This document shows, in pieces, positions 27,001 to 41,700 of a stretch of 64,000 nt of DNA. A model generated the notes under the pieces. That model saw only the letters and a program-made list of their open reading frames with translations, was not told the DNA's origin and ran no database searches. How positions within the stretch are numbered: position 1 is the first letter of the stretch; every line of letters starts with the position of its first letter. The DNA comes from Tubiluchus corallicola (lineage: Eukaryota > Animalia > Priapulida): NCBI GenBank assembly GCA_030141605.1, contig JAQGDQ010000259.1, positions 124,001-188,000 of the forward strand. Reading direction: 5' to 3'. Made by a program: the position numbers and the translations under genes.

Positions 27001-30000
27001 TAAGCATTTTCAAAAAGAAGTAGCAAATATCATACAAAAACGCAAAATTAAAAACGTCTCTAAAACTCATTTGCATATTTAAGATGTCAACAATATTTAA
27101 AAAATATGTAGCAAAAGTTTTTTATTAATTTAAAACACAAAACATGTTTTGGATTAGTAGAAGGAAAAATTAGCTCAAAGCAAAACTATCTACGATCACA
27201 GAAGTCTAGCAGCTGCATTACAAAAATAGAAGATTTTGTAATTTTACATAATAAAAAATGTAGGTTACATTATAAAATTTTATATTGAAAAATTTAGCCA
27301 CTATAACAGGGCCTAAAATTACCTGCGATTTTTATATCATCGATTTTCACAAATCCATAGAAAGAAAAACTAACTATACGTTTGTACTGACAGCGTACTG
27401 TAGCATATTAAAATTTGCTGCAACAATTTCCAATTGAGCTCATAATTTTAGAGCAAACTGAAGCACCAAAAGTTTTCTAATTTAAAGACATTGATAGAGA
27501 GCAGCATCAAACAACTGATAACTGATAAAGCTGCAGTTTACTAATGATAGAGAAAATAAGAAAGACTGTCAAATGTAGATTTTAAACAGATGAAAAGGTT
27601 CAAGATGACCAAATGACCAATGAGCAAAACAGGTCATACGTAGTTCACAAGGACTTATTCTGCTATAAGTAGCACAACACAATCTCTTCTTAGGACCAAA
27701 TTTTAATTTAAGAAATTCTCTGGAAGCATTCCCTTCTACTGTGGAGATCAGCAACTAATACTGTCAAATGAAAGACACAAAAAACAGCTTCACCTTATAT
27801 GTGTTACCCAGCTCATAAAAAAGGAACAGACAATTACGAAAAAACTTTCTTTTATTAGTGGCCGAAATCCAAAGTGTTACTTCGGAAACGACGTCTGCCA
27901 CGTTACACAGCTGATGTGAATGCTTTGAAACTGCATTTGACAGTCAGCAGCAAGAAAGAAAGCAAGAAAGTGAAGAAAGACAACGTATGTGTCACACCAT
28001 TACCGTTTTGTTACGCACCTCCAGCATTTTGTTCATGAACATTTCCGTTTCGTCTCGCGTGCTGTTGAAACTTTCTCGACACTATAACATAATAACACGA
28101 AAAAATAATCTCCATTTTTTTAAAAATGAAACAAATACAATCTGTAATAAAACTGCGTTGGAAGTCTGTTAAGTAAAATTGCTAATTCTGTGAGATGCCC
28201 AATAAAAAGTTTTGAGTCAAATGTGAACAGCCTATTTTCAAAATGCAAATCAAGTGAGTCATAATTACATGCAACCTAATCAGGGAATGAACCCAAAATT
28301 ACTGCAAACATAAAGCCTTGGCTCAACTTCAAACTCATTTTAAATTTTTCACGGCGCTTTCTTACGACCAATACTGGTTTCATATAACTTAAGAACTGCA
28401 GGTTGTTTTCTATCAACTGACAATCTAGAAGTCAAGACTACAATTACATAGCCACATGATCACTTGGATCATCATCACTCACTAATGATATTTAAATTTA
28501 AATTTTTACGAATAATTTCAATGGTGCATACCTTTTGCAATCTTACTTGCAGATCAGTCATATATGGACGGTAATCTTTTGCTACCTCGTGTCCTGAATG
28601 AAACAAAAAATTGCATAATGCAGCATCACAGCGTTAAAATACAATATTTTTAAAACAAAAACAAAATCAACAGTTAGCCATATAATATCATTTCACATAT
28701 TTCACGTATTACTAGCCAAGGAGAGTCAAAAACAAACTTGTCAAATTAAACAAACAAATGGTGTCATGTAATAAACAATTCGAGCAAAGAGGCCATCCTC
28801 AGCAAACAGAAGTAATAATGAGTTAACATACTACACAATTGTGTGACACTACCATCTGAAAGTATTTCAATGACAAATTTTTTAAAGATAAAAAATATGC
28901 ATAAAAATGTGTTAATACGTTACCCAAAATTTAATTACCTGCAAATTTATAATCAAATACTTATGTCCAGTTTTCTGCTAATAATCCTACTGCACATCAA
29001 CTTTTAAATTTCGTAAATTAACCCAAGTATCAAGGTTTGCAAAGATCAACGGAAGGTTAACATTGTACCCCGTCGGATTTAGTTAACAATCTATTGGATA
29101 AATGCTTCTGGAGTTGGAAAAAACATGACAGAGTGAGTGAATGACCAGACTTTTTCTAGGATCCAAGCTGATGCTCGGGAATTACTCACTAAAAAAGTGA
29201 GAGCACAGCTAAATGATTAAGCTCTTGGTCAAATAATCAACCCCGTAATTATTAGCTACCAACTTGCTAGCATGCCTTGCACTGTGCAAACAAACAATTC
29301 ATGAATGGCATCCAAAGTCAAATACATCTTGGTACAATGCACTCTCAGTCAATCATAGATGCATAAAACTTAACCAGTCAAGAATTTTCTATAACATATA
29401 ATAGACTTGCTATATAATTGCTTACCTGCTGCAAATCGTGCACGTGAGCAGTGCAAAAAGTGAAAACGGTTTAATAGCAATTCAAAGATTTTGATGCAAA
29501 AATTGTTAATTTTGAAAACAAATTTACGTGGGTGTTAAACAATAAAAAAACACAGCAGACAAGATCAGGAATGCAAGCTACACAAAAAGCTTTGGCAAGA
29601 ATCACATTTTTTCACGTTCAAAACGAAATGGGATGCCATTAAAATATTTTTTGTAATGTCACAAACACAAGAGCATGAACCAATAACAAACAAAGAAAAC
29701 CATAACATAAACAGTCAGTGTGGCAATGTCCTTTATAGGGGTGGGACGAACCTTAAATTTCCGAAATTGCATTGAATCCAAATCTCACATTTTTGCAGTT
29801 TCTAAAATCAAACCGAATCCGAATCTTTAATTCACCCTTAATTTTCAATACCAGAGGAATCTGAACCTTGTAACTTAACTCCAATTAGGTTTTCCATCTT
29901 AAGGTCAGTGTAGTGTTAGCTGCAATGGATGTTTTGTTCAAACATATATATATATATATATAAAATGGACTTGCTAAGCATAGTACAGTTCCTTAGTTCA

Positions 30001-33000
30001 ACTTTAGTTTTTGACTATTTTGGCATAGTGTATGACTGCACTTTCTAAAGTTTGGAACTAAATTAAAAATATTCAAAAAATAAAAATAAATTCAACTCAA
30101 CGCGTGCTAAAATACCATTTGTATTTAGAAGCACAGTAACTGAAATCTTGTATATAAGTTAAGTCACTTTTGAAAATATTTAGCTTCAGTCGGGCGTTAA
30201 GTTGACGCCTGACAAACAATTTATGCGGTGCATAACTTTTACGGAACTTCGCGATCACATTAAAGGTGTCAACATGGCGAAGCGCACATTGCAAAATTTA
30301 ACTTTCATTAGAGATTAAACTGGTAAGAATGGAAATTACATTAATTTTACTGCGCTAGATGACAGTGAATTTGCTTCATACACTGGGTAAACACAAGTTA
30401 TGAAGACTGCTTTGCATTTTTTTACTGAACCCCAATTGGATCTGAAGCAGTTAAAGTAAAATTGGGTGGATCTGAGTAAAGCTTCGTCCCATCCCCAGTC
30501 CCTTTAGAAAAAAAGATGCACAACTCTAAAACATGTAAGAAGAAACAAAGACAAATTGCAAAACAAAAAACTACCTATAAATTACATACTATGAAATTTG
30601 GCAGTTTATCGCAGAAGCAGTTATTTACTCAGTACGAGTCTCTAAAATCATTTCACTCATAAAATGCTAATAATATTTCAAATGACATTTTTATTTGTGA
30701 TACTATCTATGCTGGAAGTGGCATTGGAGAAACACGCCATGTATACTTTTACTTATCAGCTTCTTAAACATGTAAATACATGTTGCACATTGATACAAAT
30801 ATACGTTACAACATTTGCACTTTGTGATATAAGACAATTTTATTTACCTTGATGATAGAAGGTCAGCCAGCCATACATGAACCCCAACAACTGAAAAAAA
30901 CAAAAATAATCAATGCTAATGGAGAAATATACATGTATAAACTTTTGTGTAAGTGCTATACATATTTTTAATTTTTATGTACAATTAAATCTTTATTTAA
31001 CAATGCGGCGACATATTAGATAATGATTTTTAAAAATTTTGGGACACATATAAAAAATCAGGATCTCCTAAGTTGGTATTGAAACAGAATAACTCTGTCA
31101 AATGCACAATTACACCTAACACTGATCTACAAGTTAATGCAAGGTTACTTAATAATATTTTGACAAAGTGAAAGAAGAAAATGGATCGATAGGAAGCTGT
31201 AATAAGAAGAAAACAATGACAAGTTTTCTAACGCTCTAAATAAAGAACTTTGTATGAACATCGCGCATAGCTTGTGAAGTTCATTTCATCTTATGATTGA
31301 GCAATAAAAAAGAAAGTCTAAGACCATATCTGATGAAAGAACCTAGATGCCACAAAAAGATTGTTAATGAGGAGAAATAAAATTAAAATAATTTATATTT
31401 CTTGATCATTAAAGTAGGATGAACTAATAAAGCTGTGTCAATCTCATTTTACTGTTAAGCTTAATCAGACTTGGACTACAAGAGGCATGATTAATGAAAG
31501 AAAATAAAGACTCTGTGAGCAGGCATAATAAATAAGGACAAACTGAATAGTAAAATTACATAATACATTGTAACACATTAACACATTTGTATATACAGAA
31601 GACTGCTTAAACTCTCAAATACTGATAAAATTCTTGTCATTAACGAACTTTGACTTGAAAATAATTCTGCTGCTATGAATAATCATTATGCTATGCTTGC
31701 AATTGTTTGTGTTCCTACCGTTTCAACAAACTCAAACTTTTTCCGCTCTTGTACTTCCTGCAGCCGAAATACATACTCCAATGACGCCTGATAAAAATGC
31801 CTCTTCTCCATTTCCAGACTTGCGTCTGACTGAAATGATCATTCACAAAATATGTAAACAAACTATTTAACATTTGCAAACGCAAGTGAACACTTAAAGT
31901 TATAGCAATACTTACAATACAAATCCAATTCACATTGATTTTCTAGACATGGTATAGATAACAAACTGAATTCAGAGATAGAATTTTCAAATTTTCAACA
32001 CACCAAGAATGGCAACACTTGATTAAGTATCACCACAATAAATGATGAATTTCTTTTTTTACATTTTTTTCATAAAAAATGACAATTCATTGCTTATTAT
32101 GGGATATATAAACATGGGGAAAAAACATCTAAACACTCAATAAAAACGTGAATTAATAATGGTAGTGGATTAATAATGTAACTTCACATATTAAAAATGA
32201 TGTTCAACATCTTAAAACCCAAGAAAACACCTTTCATAAATGAAGCTTAAAATTCATACCACAATTTTAAATTTTATATCACTTACATGCTGCCTTATTG
32301 CATGGAAAATTTGGGTTATCTCTAATGGTGTATAACAATTCTAAATTTAAACTCTTAGGTGCAGCCATTTTTGAAATAGTCGTTTGAAGCAAGTTTAGAT
32401 AACAATACTTGAAGTTTGAAAAAATAATCTGAGTATTCGCAATGCATACTTCACGGATTAAGAAAAAATTTAAATTACTTTATACTGTCAGCAAGATCAG
32501 TAATGTTTTCTGATGAGGGAGTGGGATGATGACACAGTACCATTTTACCAGGTGGTGCAAACAGTTGCGACTAGTGTACAGGCACTGTGGAACTGTAACA
32601 CCCCTATTTTGACTCGTTATTATCGCTAATATTCAATATAATAAGCCTTTTTTCTTTAATTTTTTCTTTATACTTGTACATACTTTGTAAATCTTATGCA
32701 GATCCAGAGCATGTGATGGAACTGTGCACTTCACAGGTCCAGCAGCATGGTGTTTTTCAAGTGTCTGGCTGTCGTGCCCATGCAGCCATGCGCACATGTA
32801 TGAGGTATCTGACACTGCACGCTAGGTAGAGAGAGCACTGTCGCTCATGCAGTGTTGATCAAAGGGAAAATTACTGATCTTTTTGCGCAAAGTACGACAA
32901 GAAGAACAGATTTTGCTTTTAAATGAAAGGGTCAATTTAAACTTAAATTAAGAATTTATTTAATTAGATTAATGCAATATTGAACTGTAACAATTTAGGC

Positions 33001-35743
33001 TATTAGTTAGTAAAAAATATTTTTTGTTTAGGATATTATCGAATTTACATATAAATTTCCTTTTTGTATGCTTGTTTCATTTAAACTACATCAAAACCAG
33101 AATAAGTACAATGTAAATTTAAAACTGGTAATACTCATTATTTGTTATCCGCTACTAAAACAATAAAACATGCTTATAAAACTAATGTAAATAAAAATTT
33201 GTTTTAACCAAACACTGTCAGGTGTTGTTTCTGATATTTTATAATCAGGAATCACAAAAACTTTGCTAAACACAGAACACTCTGAAATTTGTGAATTGCA
33301 AAAACTAAGCTGTTACTTAGTAAACCTTAATGTCTGCAAATAAATTAATTACAAATCTTTAATGATAAATCTTTAATAACACGTAGTTGAGAAAACAAGT
33401 TACTTCATTTTGAGTGAGAAAATACTTTACCTCCTGCAATTGTCCTTCATTTTTCTTTGTTGATAAATTTAGGTGACGTTCTAAAGACTGGCAAAATTTC
33501 AGTGTTTGTTTTTCAAATTTCTTTTTCTGTTCCTTAAATAAAGAAGCATAAATATATTTTTAGTTTCAGGAAGAGGAAATAATGAGTAATAATAATGGCA
33601 TATTTTAATAGAACTGCTTATATATCATCATTATTAAAATTAGAAATAAAACGCTCACGAAATCCTACCTTGGCACCACCTATCTGATCTTTTCGGAAGT
33701 TTTCCAGTGGCATTATGAACTGATCGTAAGCTCTTTCCAACTAAAATAAGATAAAACCTCAATCGAAAGAGTTAAAATACGAATAAAATGTATACGGCTA
33801 CTAAATTTAAACTACAAAATGTACTAATTAAAATCAAACTAAAGCCTCACTATAATATAAGCTTTTACAACCTAAAATCCTACTCTCGTTACGTGTACTA
33901 AATTTATTTTATTATAAACTTACTGCAAAACTTGTCGCTTTTGATTTTTATCACTTCGGTGTTAGCGGTATTAAATTTGAAGAACCGCCATTCTTCATTG
34001 AGCAAGATGAATGACGTAATGAGTGCAGTCACGAGGTCACCATGAAAGATCGGTAAACAAGCATCCGTAAACAAAGACGCTTTCTGCACTATGTACGTTA
34101 TTCTTGCTCACTCGGGCCAAAGACGCGAAACGTAGCGATCTTTTACGGCAATGCACGCTTTTGAAAATCGCCAGAAAAGGGTAAATTATTTAATTTATAA
34201 ATCTCTTTTGTTTAATAATAACTATAAATTCTTTGTGCAACCATAATAATACGTTAAAAAATTCAAACTTTGTTGGGGTTATATGGGCCTTTGAGTGCAT
34301 TAACTCTTCCAGTGTTACAATAATGCTGTACAACAATAATAATGTTACACTTTTTTCACACTTAAAACAACAGAGTGATATAACAAAGCAAAAAGTTCAA
34401 CATTGGTGGTTGTAAATTAACTTTCTAATTAATTAGTGACCATGACTATTACAAGTACTGTCTCAGCTATACATATTCTTATAAATTTATATAAGGTAAA
34501 GTCAAACGTAGTAGATTTGGAATAACTATTAACATACCATCCGATCTCTTTCATCTTCTATTGCAGATATAAGCCGACCGAACTCCTTCAATGAACCAGC
34601 TGCAAACATTTAATATTTTTAGAAGCGAAAGAAGGTGACCTTACAATTTAAGTACGTATTTTCAAGTAGATGAACCTGGTCATTCTGATTATCCATTAGC
34701 TAAATATATAAAGATAGTATTAAATACTATTACTGGTAGTTAAGTTATTTTGGAAAGCCGTTTCTTCTCACATTAGGCAGCCATGTTCCAAAGTCAAATT
34801 GTTAACAAAAATATTAAGTACGACAGAAAGAGATTTTCAATTGATTATTCAAAGTTCTATACAAAATTTCACTCAGTGGATGACCCAGTTTCTGATCTGG
34901 TTTCAGGCTTATTAGCAGGGTCAGTAGTCACAGAACAAACAGCAGTTCTCTTATGCCCAAATTATTTTGATTGAATGACATTGAACTCATTTAATTCATA
35001 AAACATGCAATGGAACTGCTTTATTTGGTGCTGCCAAGAGGGTGAAAAAATTTTAAACAGAAATAGGACACACTGGTAGAAAAAGTGTGTTTGAAGTGAT
35101 GCATGTTCGTCTACAACTATGAATGGGACATTACAAACAGCACCAAAACTTACCAATCACAATTTCATCATCAGTTTGCGTATTTCCTATACATTCAAAT
35201 TTGAATTGCACTAAGCTGGTTGAAAAACTTCTTTGAGCCTTTGAAAGATCTACAATGGAAAGAAAAGATTCTATACAGTATATGTAGTATGCAGGCAATT
35301 TCCAGTTGGCAACCATTTATCTTTTTTTGATAGTGTGTAAAAATTTAGAACACAGAAAACATTTTGTTCTTCTACTCAAATTTGAAACTCAGGCCTTCAC
35401 CCCCAACATCCTGGACTCTGGACAATGGGCTGTTAAAGATTAAGATCCTTCCAAGATCAAGGTTTATTTCATTTAGCCAACACATAAACATTCGAACAAA
35501 TACAGGTTTGTGCAATTCTGTAACCATTTAAGACTAACTCGATTATAATCATATTAAAGCTGTGTGGCTGAGGGGACAATAAAGCTGCATTAATTAGAGG
35601 CCACAAGAAAATTGAAGAATTTGAAAAGGAGAAAGAGAAAGGATTGATGAAAAGAAGAAAAGGAAAGAAAGGCACAGAGAACCAGAAAAGCTATGTGGAT
35701 GTGAAAAACAATGTTGTGAGGCAACAGCGATAACATTCACAAT

Positions 35744-35775
<32 letters not shown>

Positions 35776-38700
35776 AACTATTTTCAATATACAATAGAGG
35801 ATTTTCCTCAGGCCTTTAAATTTCTGATAAGCTACTAAATTTAATAAAATCACAGACAAGTCAATTTATTACTCTTCAAGAATCCTAAAAAGCCTCTAAG
35901 CAGCCATAGTTCAATTTACTTAGTTCCTTCAAATGATGAGTATATTGAAGGACATACACTGCCTTAGAAGCATATAAACTCAAGTCAGTCTACTCAGCCA
36001 TTGATTGCGCTCATGTAGCGGGTTCTTTTACGTGTAACGTCAATATTTCTTGTGGATGTCAAAGCTTTTTACCAAAGGCAAGCCTAATCAATTACGTCAA
36101 AATTCAATATTAAATAACGCTCGCGAAATAATTTTCTGGCTAAGTATTGACATCTTTACTTGCCTGATGCAATGACATTACTAACTGGATTTTCTAAAAT
36201 GAGCAAAACGTGGTCTTGTTAAGAGCTCCATTTGAGCAAATGTGTGATTAATGGAAAAGACACCTACATGATAATCAATGCTGAAGAGTATTAGTAGTGA
36301 ACGTGCGCAGTGCAGGCTGCACATGTCTCAAACGACACAAGATATATTGCCTGTTGTAGGGAGAAAGCCTAGCCATATTTCAAGAATGCAATCAGCTGTG
36401 ACTGCCAATGACAACTCATGATATAAACGTGATTAACTGCCAATATTGTTCCTTAAAATCGACTGAGCATTTTACTGACTTAATCTTGTCCAGAATTTAC
36501 AGGAAAGGCAGAATTCCCAACTAATTAAACTATTCATGTATGGTCATAAGTTATGATAATGATAAAAAATCATGATAAGTCAGCAGCTTTTTACAGAAAT
36601 GAGAGCTACCACCTGGTCTCTTACTAATCAAGTTTAGATGCCTTCATTGTGGCTAACTAGAATGCACAAATCTTACCAACCTCATCATTACTACCATCTG
36701 TAAACGGACACAAAATCACCCGGCATCAAGTTCAAGCAACAACGTGACGTCTTGTTCTTTTGTAAAGTTGTAACCCTAATAGTTGCTGTATTCATAGGTC
36801 AGAATGGATTTCGTCTGCATTGTTGTTTTACTATACTTGACTTCACTTCCACGTTCTTCAGCAGGCACAGATGCCAAGACCTCACGTCTGTTGCTCATCC
36901 ACTTAGTTATGTGGAATCCACCAAGAGAAAATAAAAGCAGACAGTTGACTTTCCAGCACCATACACAGTGTATCATGAAAATAGTACAAACAATAAACAG
37001 TTACACTGTGCAAATGATGACTTTGTTTGTTTGTCTCCGTAAAGCCCAAACAATTTTATATCGCTGGCCTCAATAGTCGCTTCCTACAGAGTTTCCGGTC
37101 ATTTAGGTTTCAAGGTGTACATGTGGTGACGTGGCTGTGTGAACTCATGATTAATGCCAACGATATAAAATTGTTTGGGCTTTACGGAGACAAACAAACA
37201 AAGTCATCATTTGCACAGTGTAACTGTTTATTGTTTGTACTATTTTCATGGCACATGCCCCGTAGTCATCCCAAAATATTACATTTTATCTGAAATAATA
37301 TATAAATTTCTCTAAATAAACTAGCATTGCAAGGGCCAGATCTCACAAACACGTGCATTGGAGTTTTGCTTCGGTTTCGAGAGAATCCTATTGCAGTAAT
37401 GGCGGATATCCGGGAGATGTTCCACCAGGTGATCGTGTCTCCTAAACACAGAAATATGTTGCGTTTCCTTTGGTGGAAAGATGGAAATCTTAACAGTCAA
37501 CCACGTACTTTTAGAATGTGTGTACACTTGTTTGGCGGGGTGTGGTCCCCGAGCGTTGCATCATTTGCTTTGCAAAGGACTGCAAAAGACAATGCGGATC
37601 TGTTTCCCGCAAATGTTGTCGCTACCGTTTTGAGAAACTTCTATGTGGACGACCTTTTAAAATCGCTAAACACCGTGAATGAAGCCATACAGCTAGTTTC
37701 TCAACTGACTGCCTTATTGTCTCTTGGTGGATTCCACATAACTAAGTGGATGAGCAACAGACGTGAGGTCTTGGCATCTGTGCCTGCTGAAGAACGTGGA
37801 AGTGAAGTCAAGAATCTTGACTTAACTCAGAGCCCTCTGCCAACTGATCGCGTACTGGGAGTTAAATGGCTAGTTGAGGAAGATTGCCTTGGAATTTTGG
37901 TTTCACTCAAAGACAAGCCCAGTACAAAACGAGGAATGTTAAGCTGCATTTCGTCAGTCTATGACCCATTAGGAATGATCTGTCCATTCGTTCTGCAGGC
38001 CAAAAAACTCTTCCAAGATGAATGTAGAATTCAGAAAAAGGATTGGGATGACGCTCTAGAACGAGATACAGAAGCCAAGTGGGCAAAGTGGAAAGGAGAT
38101 TGTTTCGCACTAGAAAACTTCAAGTTGGAGAGATGCATGAAGCCTCGTGATTTTGGCCTGATTTTCCATTTGCAGTTGCATCATTTCTGCGATGCTTCGA
38201 GCTATGCTTATGGGTACTGTCAGTTATGTACGTATGAAGAGTGCTCAAGGTGAAATTCACACAGCATTCCTCATGGCTAAATCAAGACTTGCCCCACTTA
38301 AAGGTCTTACAATACCGCGTCTTGAACTCTGCGCTGCAGTTTTAGCCTCAAAAGTTGATCAAATGCTAAGGGAAGAGCTATCCTTTTGTGTTGGTACAGA
38401 TCAGTCGGTCTTCTGGACTGATAGTCAGATAGTTATTCATTACATTCGGAACACAGCAAAGCGGTTTCATACATTCGTCCAAAACCGTGTCAACTCAATC
38501 TTGCAAGTCTCTTCACCAACTCAATGGCGGTTTGTTAGCTCAACAGACAACTGCGCTGATGATGCGTCCCGAGGCATGAGCGCTGAAGAATTGCTACTTT
38601 CCAATAGATGGAAGTTTGGTCCATCTTTCTTAAGAAAAGATGAAGCTTCGTGGCCGCAGACTAATTTAGATTCGGATGATATACTAGCTAATGACAAAGA

Positions 38701-41700
38701 AGTAAAGCGGTCAGCCACTGTGAACGTCGTAGAATGCAAGGGAACTTCAAATAATGTCATAGATCAATTGTTGCAGTATTACTCATCCTTTTACAGGCTA
38801 AAAAGAGGTTTAGCCTGGTTATTACGAGCCAAAACAATATTGCACAGGAAAGCTTCTGGCGGAAGTGATATGGATTGCTCCACAAATCTAACTCTGACTG
38901 AATTAAATGAGGCCCAGAATGAGCTGATCAGACACACACAGAAGCAAAGTTTCAACAACGAATATAAGACGATGTGTTCCCGTACCAGATCTACATGCCG
39001 AGAACGCTCTGTAACCAAATCATCCTGCCTGTATAAGCTGGATCCCTTTATTGACAAAGAGGGAATTTTGCGTGTCGGCGGTCGCCTGCAAGATGCTCTA
39101 GTAGATCATGAAGCTCGTCATCCTGTTATTCTTCCCAAAAATCATAGACTCTCTTGACTTGTCATACAGCACTTCCACGAGACGAATGGACACACAGGAA
39201 GAGAACATGTCATGGCTTCCGTCCGTAGAGCGTTCTGGATAATTGGGATGCGAGTCATGGTGCGGAAAGTAATCCATGAATGCAGACAATGTAGGCTGCG
39301 TTACTCTCAACCATTGCAACAAAAAATGGCCAACTTGCCTCCTGAGAGAGTTCAACAAGGCTCCTTCTCTACGGTTGGCGTGGACTGCTTTGGACCAATT
39401 GTGGTCAAACGCGGTAGAATCGAGGTGAAGCGTTATGGGGCACTCTTTACTTGTCTAGCCACACGAAGCATCCACTTGGAGGTACTCTTCTCGATGTCTA
39501 CAGATTCCTTCATTAAAGCACTCCATAGATTTTGTAGCAGAAGAGGCAAACCTAACAGAATTAGGTCCGACTGTGGCACTAATTTTATAGGTGCCAACAA
39601 GGAACTTTCCAAGGCTATGAAAGAGTGGAATCACAACACTATTCAGAAAGATTTGCTCCAGGAAAACATCGAGTGGGAGTATAATCCGCCCCGAGCTCCC
39701 CACATGGGAGGAGTATGGGAAGCAATGGTCAAGATTGTCAAGAAGCATTTGCTTTCTGTGACAAATGAACAAGCTCTTGATGATGAAGCTCTCAACACTC
39801 TATTCTGCATTGTTGAAAACGTTGTCAATAGTAGGCCTTTAACGGCAACCTCGGACGACCCAAAATACTGTAGTCCTCTGACGCCCAATCACCTGCTGTT
39901 GGCGAAGTGTAACTTAACAAACCTGCCTCCTGGAAAGTTTACATCAGCAGACATCTATCGCCGCAAATGGCGCCAGATCCAATACCTAGCTGATGTCTTT
40001 TGGCGACGTTGGCAGACGGAGTACTTGCCGCTTCTCCAGATCCGCTCAAAATTGAATCGTCAGAAGAAGGATGTCGAAATAGGCGACGTTGTACTGATAA
40101 TGGATGAAACCCCCAGAAGTTGTTGGCTTCTTGCTCGAATAACGGAAAAACATGTTGGAAGAGACGGCCTAGTGAGAAGCGTAACACTAAAAACAAAGGA
40201 TGGGCAGCTGCAGCGCCCCATTCTGAGATTATGCTTGATTGAAAGCGCACTTGATGAGTTTAAAGGAGAAGCACTGTAAAAATTAGATTGCACAGTTCAT
40301 AAAGATTTTTGCTCAGTTAAACTCTTTGTAGTAAATAGTAAATGTTTAACATACATTTAAGGAGGCGGTGTCAAGGATTTTGTTTCCGCTGCTGCATCAA
40401 AGACGATGCGAGTTTTCTCCGGTTTACAGAGAATCATTTAGTATTCGTTGTTTTAGTCTACCTTACAAAAGCTTTCGACACTATCAATAGGAAATTCTTT
40501 TAAAGTCCTAAACTTAAAGCACTTATTCCAAAAGCGGACGTTCTCCAAATTTTATTGCTGTCCTTACAGTATTGTATGATGACATTTTTTATAATATCCA
40601 TGTGTACTGGCTCTTATGGTTCTACCACTGGCAGCCAATACCTTGACTTTACAATCTAAAGCCACAGCTGTTGTTAAATACAGGTTAGTTGTCAACTTAA
40701 ATCTTTCACCAGCTGTGACAAAACATTAACATGTTCGACCTACTGTAACTGTAAGCAGCTAATACTGTGTTCCCCAACTCCACCTTCATTAAGTATTACA
40801 AATCAGCTTAGTCCTGAGCCTTTTTCTACCCTGCTGCGTACGTTTTACTAATCCCACGAAACCAAACTACTAAATGAAGAACCCTGTACCTCCTTATAGT
40901 GTCAACTGGGATGTACCGTACATGGTTGCACAGGTACATCCCAGAAGTGCCTAATATAGTACCCTCCACCCCTTAGTCAATTTACACCAAGAAAACCATT
41001 GTACTAATCGATAATTGAAGATATCTGGGGTTCTTGTCTTTAACTGCAACTATTCCTACATGCACAACACTGCAAATGCAACGTTAATGAGGAAATCCAA
41101 AACGGAATTTGGGCTAGAAAGTTCAGATACTTTTAATCATCTGACTAAGCCTGATTTCATTCTGAACTGCAGGCTGACACTACCCAACAAGACTAAAGTT
41201 TACAATGCAGTTACACTCACTTGGCAAATCATCTGTACAACCAACTTGAGATTTGGTGTTCAAATTGGTAAATAGCCAAAATGTGACATTGGACAATTAG
41301 ATGAGATATGGCATGTCCTCAAGAACAGAAACATTCAGAACCAACATGTTCTGCCACAAGCAATATATTTGTGTGTCCAATAAGGTCCAATAGTGTTGTC
41401 TTCAGAATTTGGTCTTCACTCTTACTAATGATATCAAAGTACAAACATATTGAAAAAAGAGAATGTCTGATAATCAATCATAATTTACTTCTAAACTTTT
41501 GTTTGTGATTAGGTTGGTTGGTGTTACTGATTTTAAACACCAAACTTTTGGTTGGTTTTACTGATTTTAAAAGTATGCACTTTTTTGTGAATGTAGCGCA
41601 TGTATTTTCTGAGTAAACAATATCCTAAATTTATCCATTTGCAGCTATTGTCTTAGATATCCATCTACCTTGCCATCTACCTATTCTAAAATTCTAGTCA

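Noticed and set aside
37907-40293. Minus-strand ORFs over the retrotransposon
   Set aside because: Shadow ORFs of the plus-strand pol.
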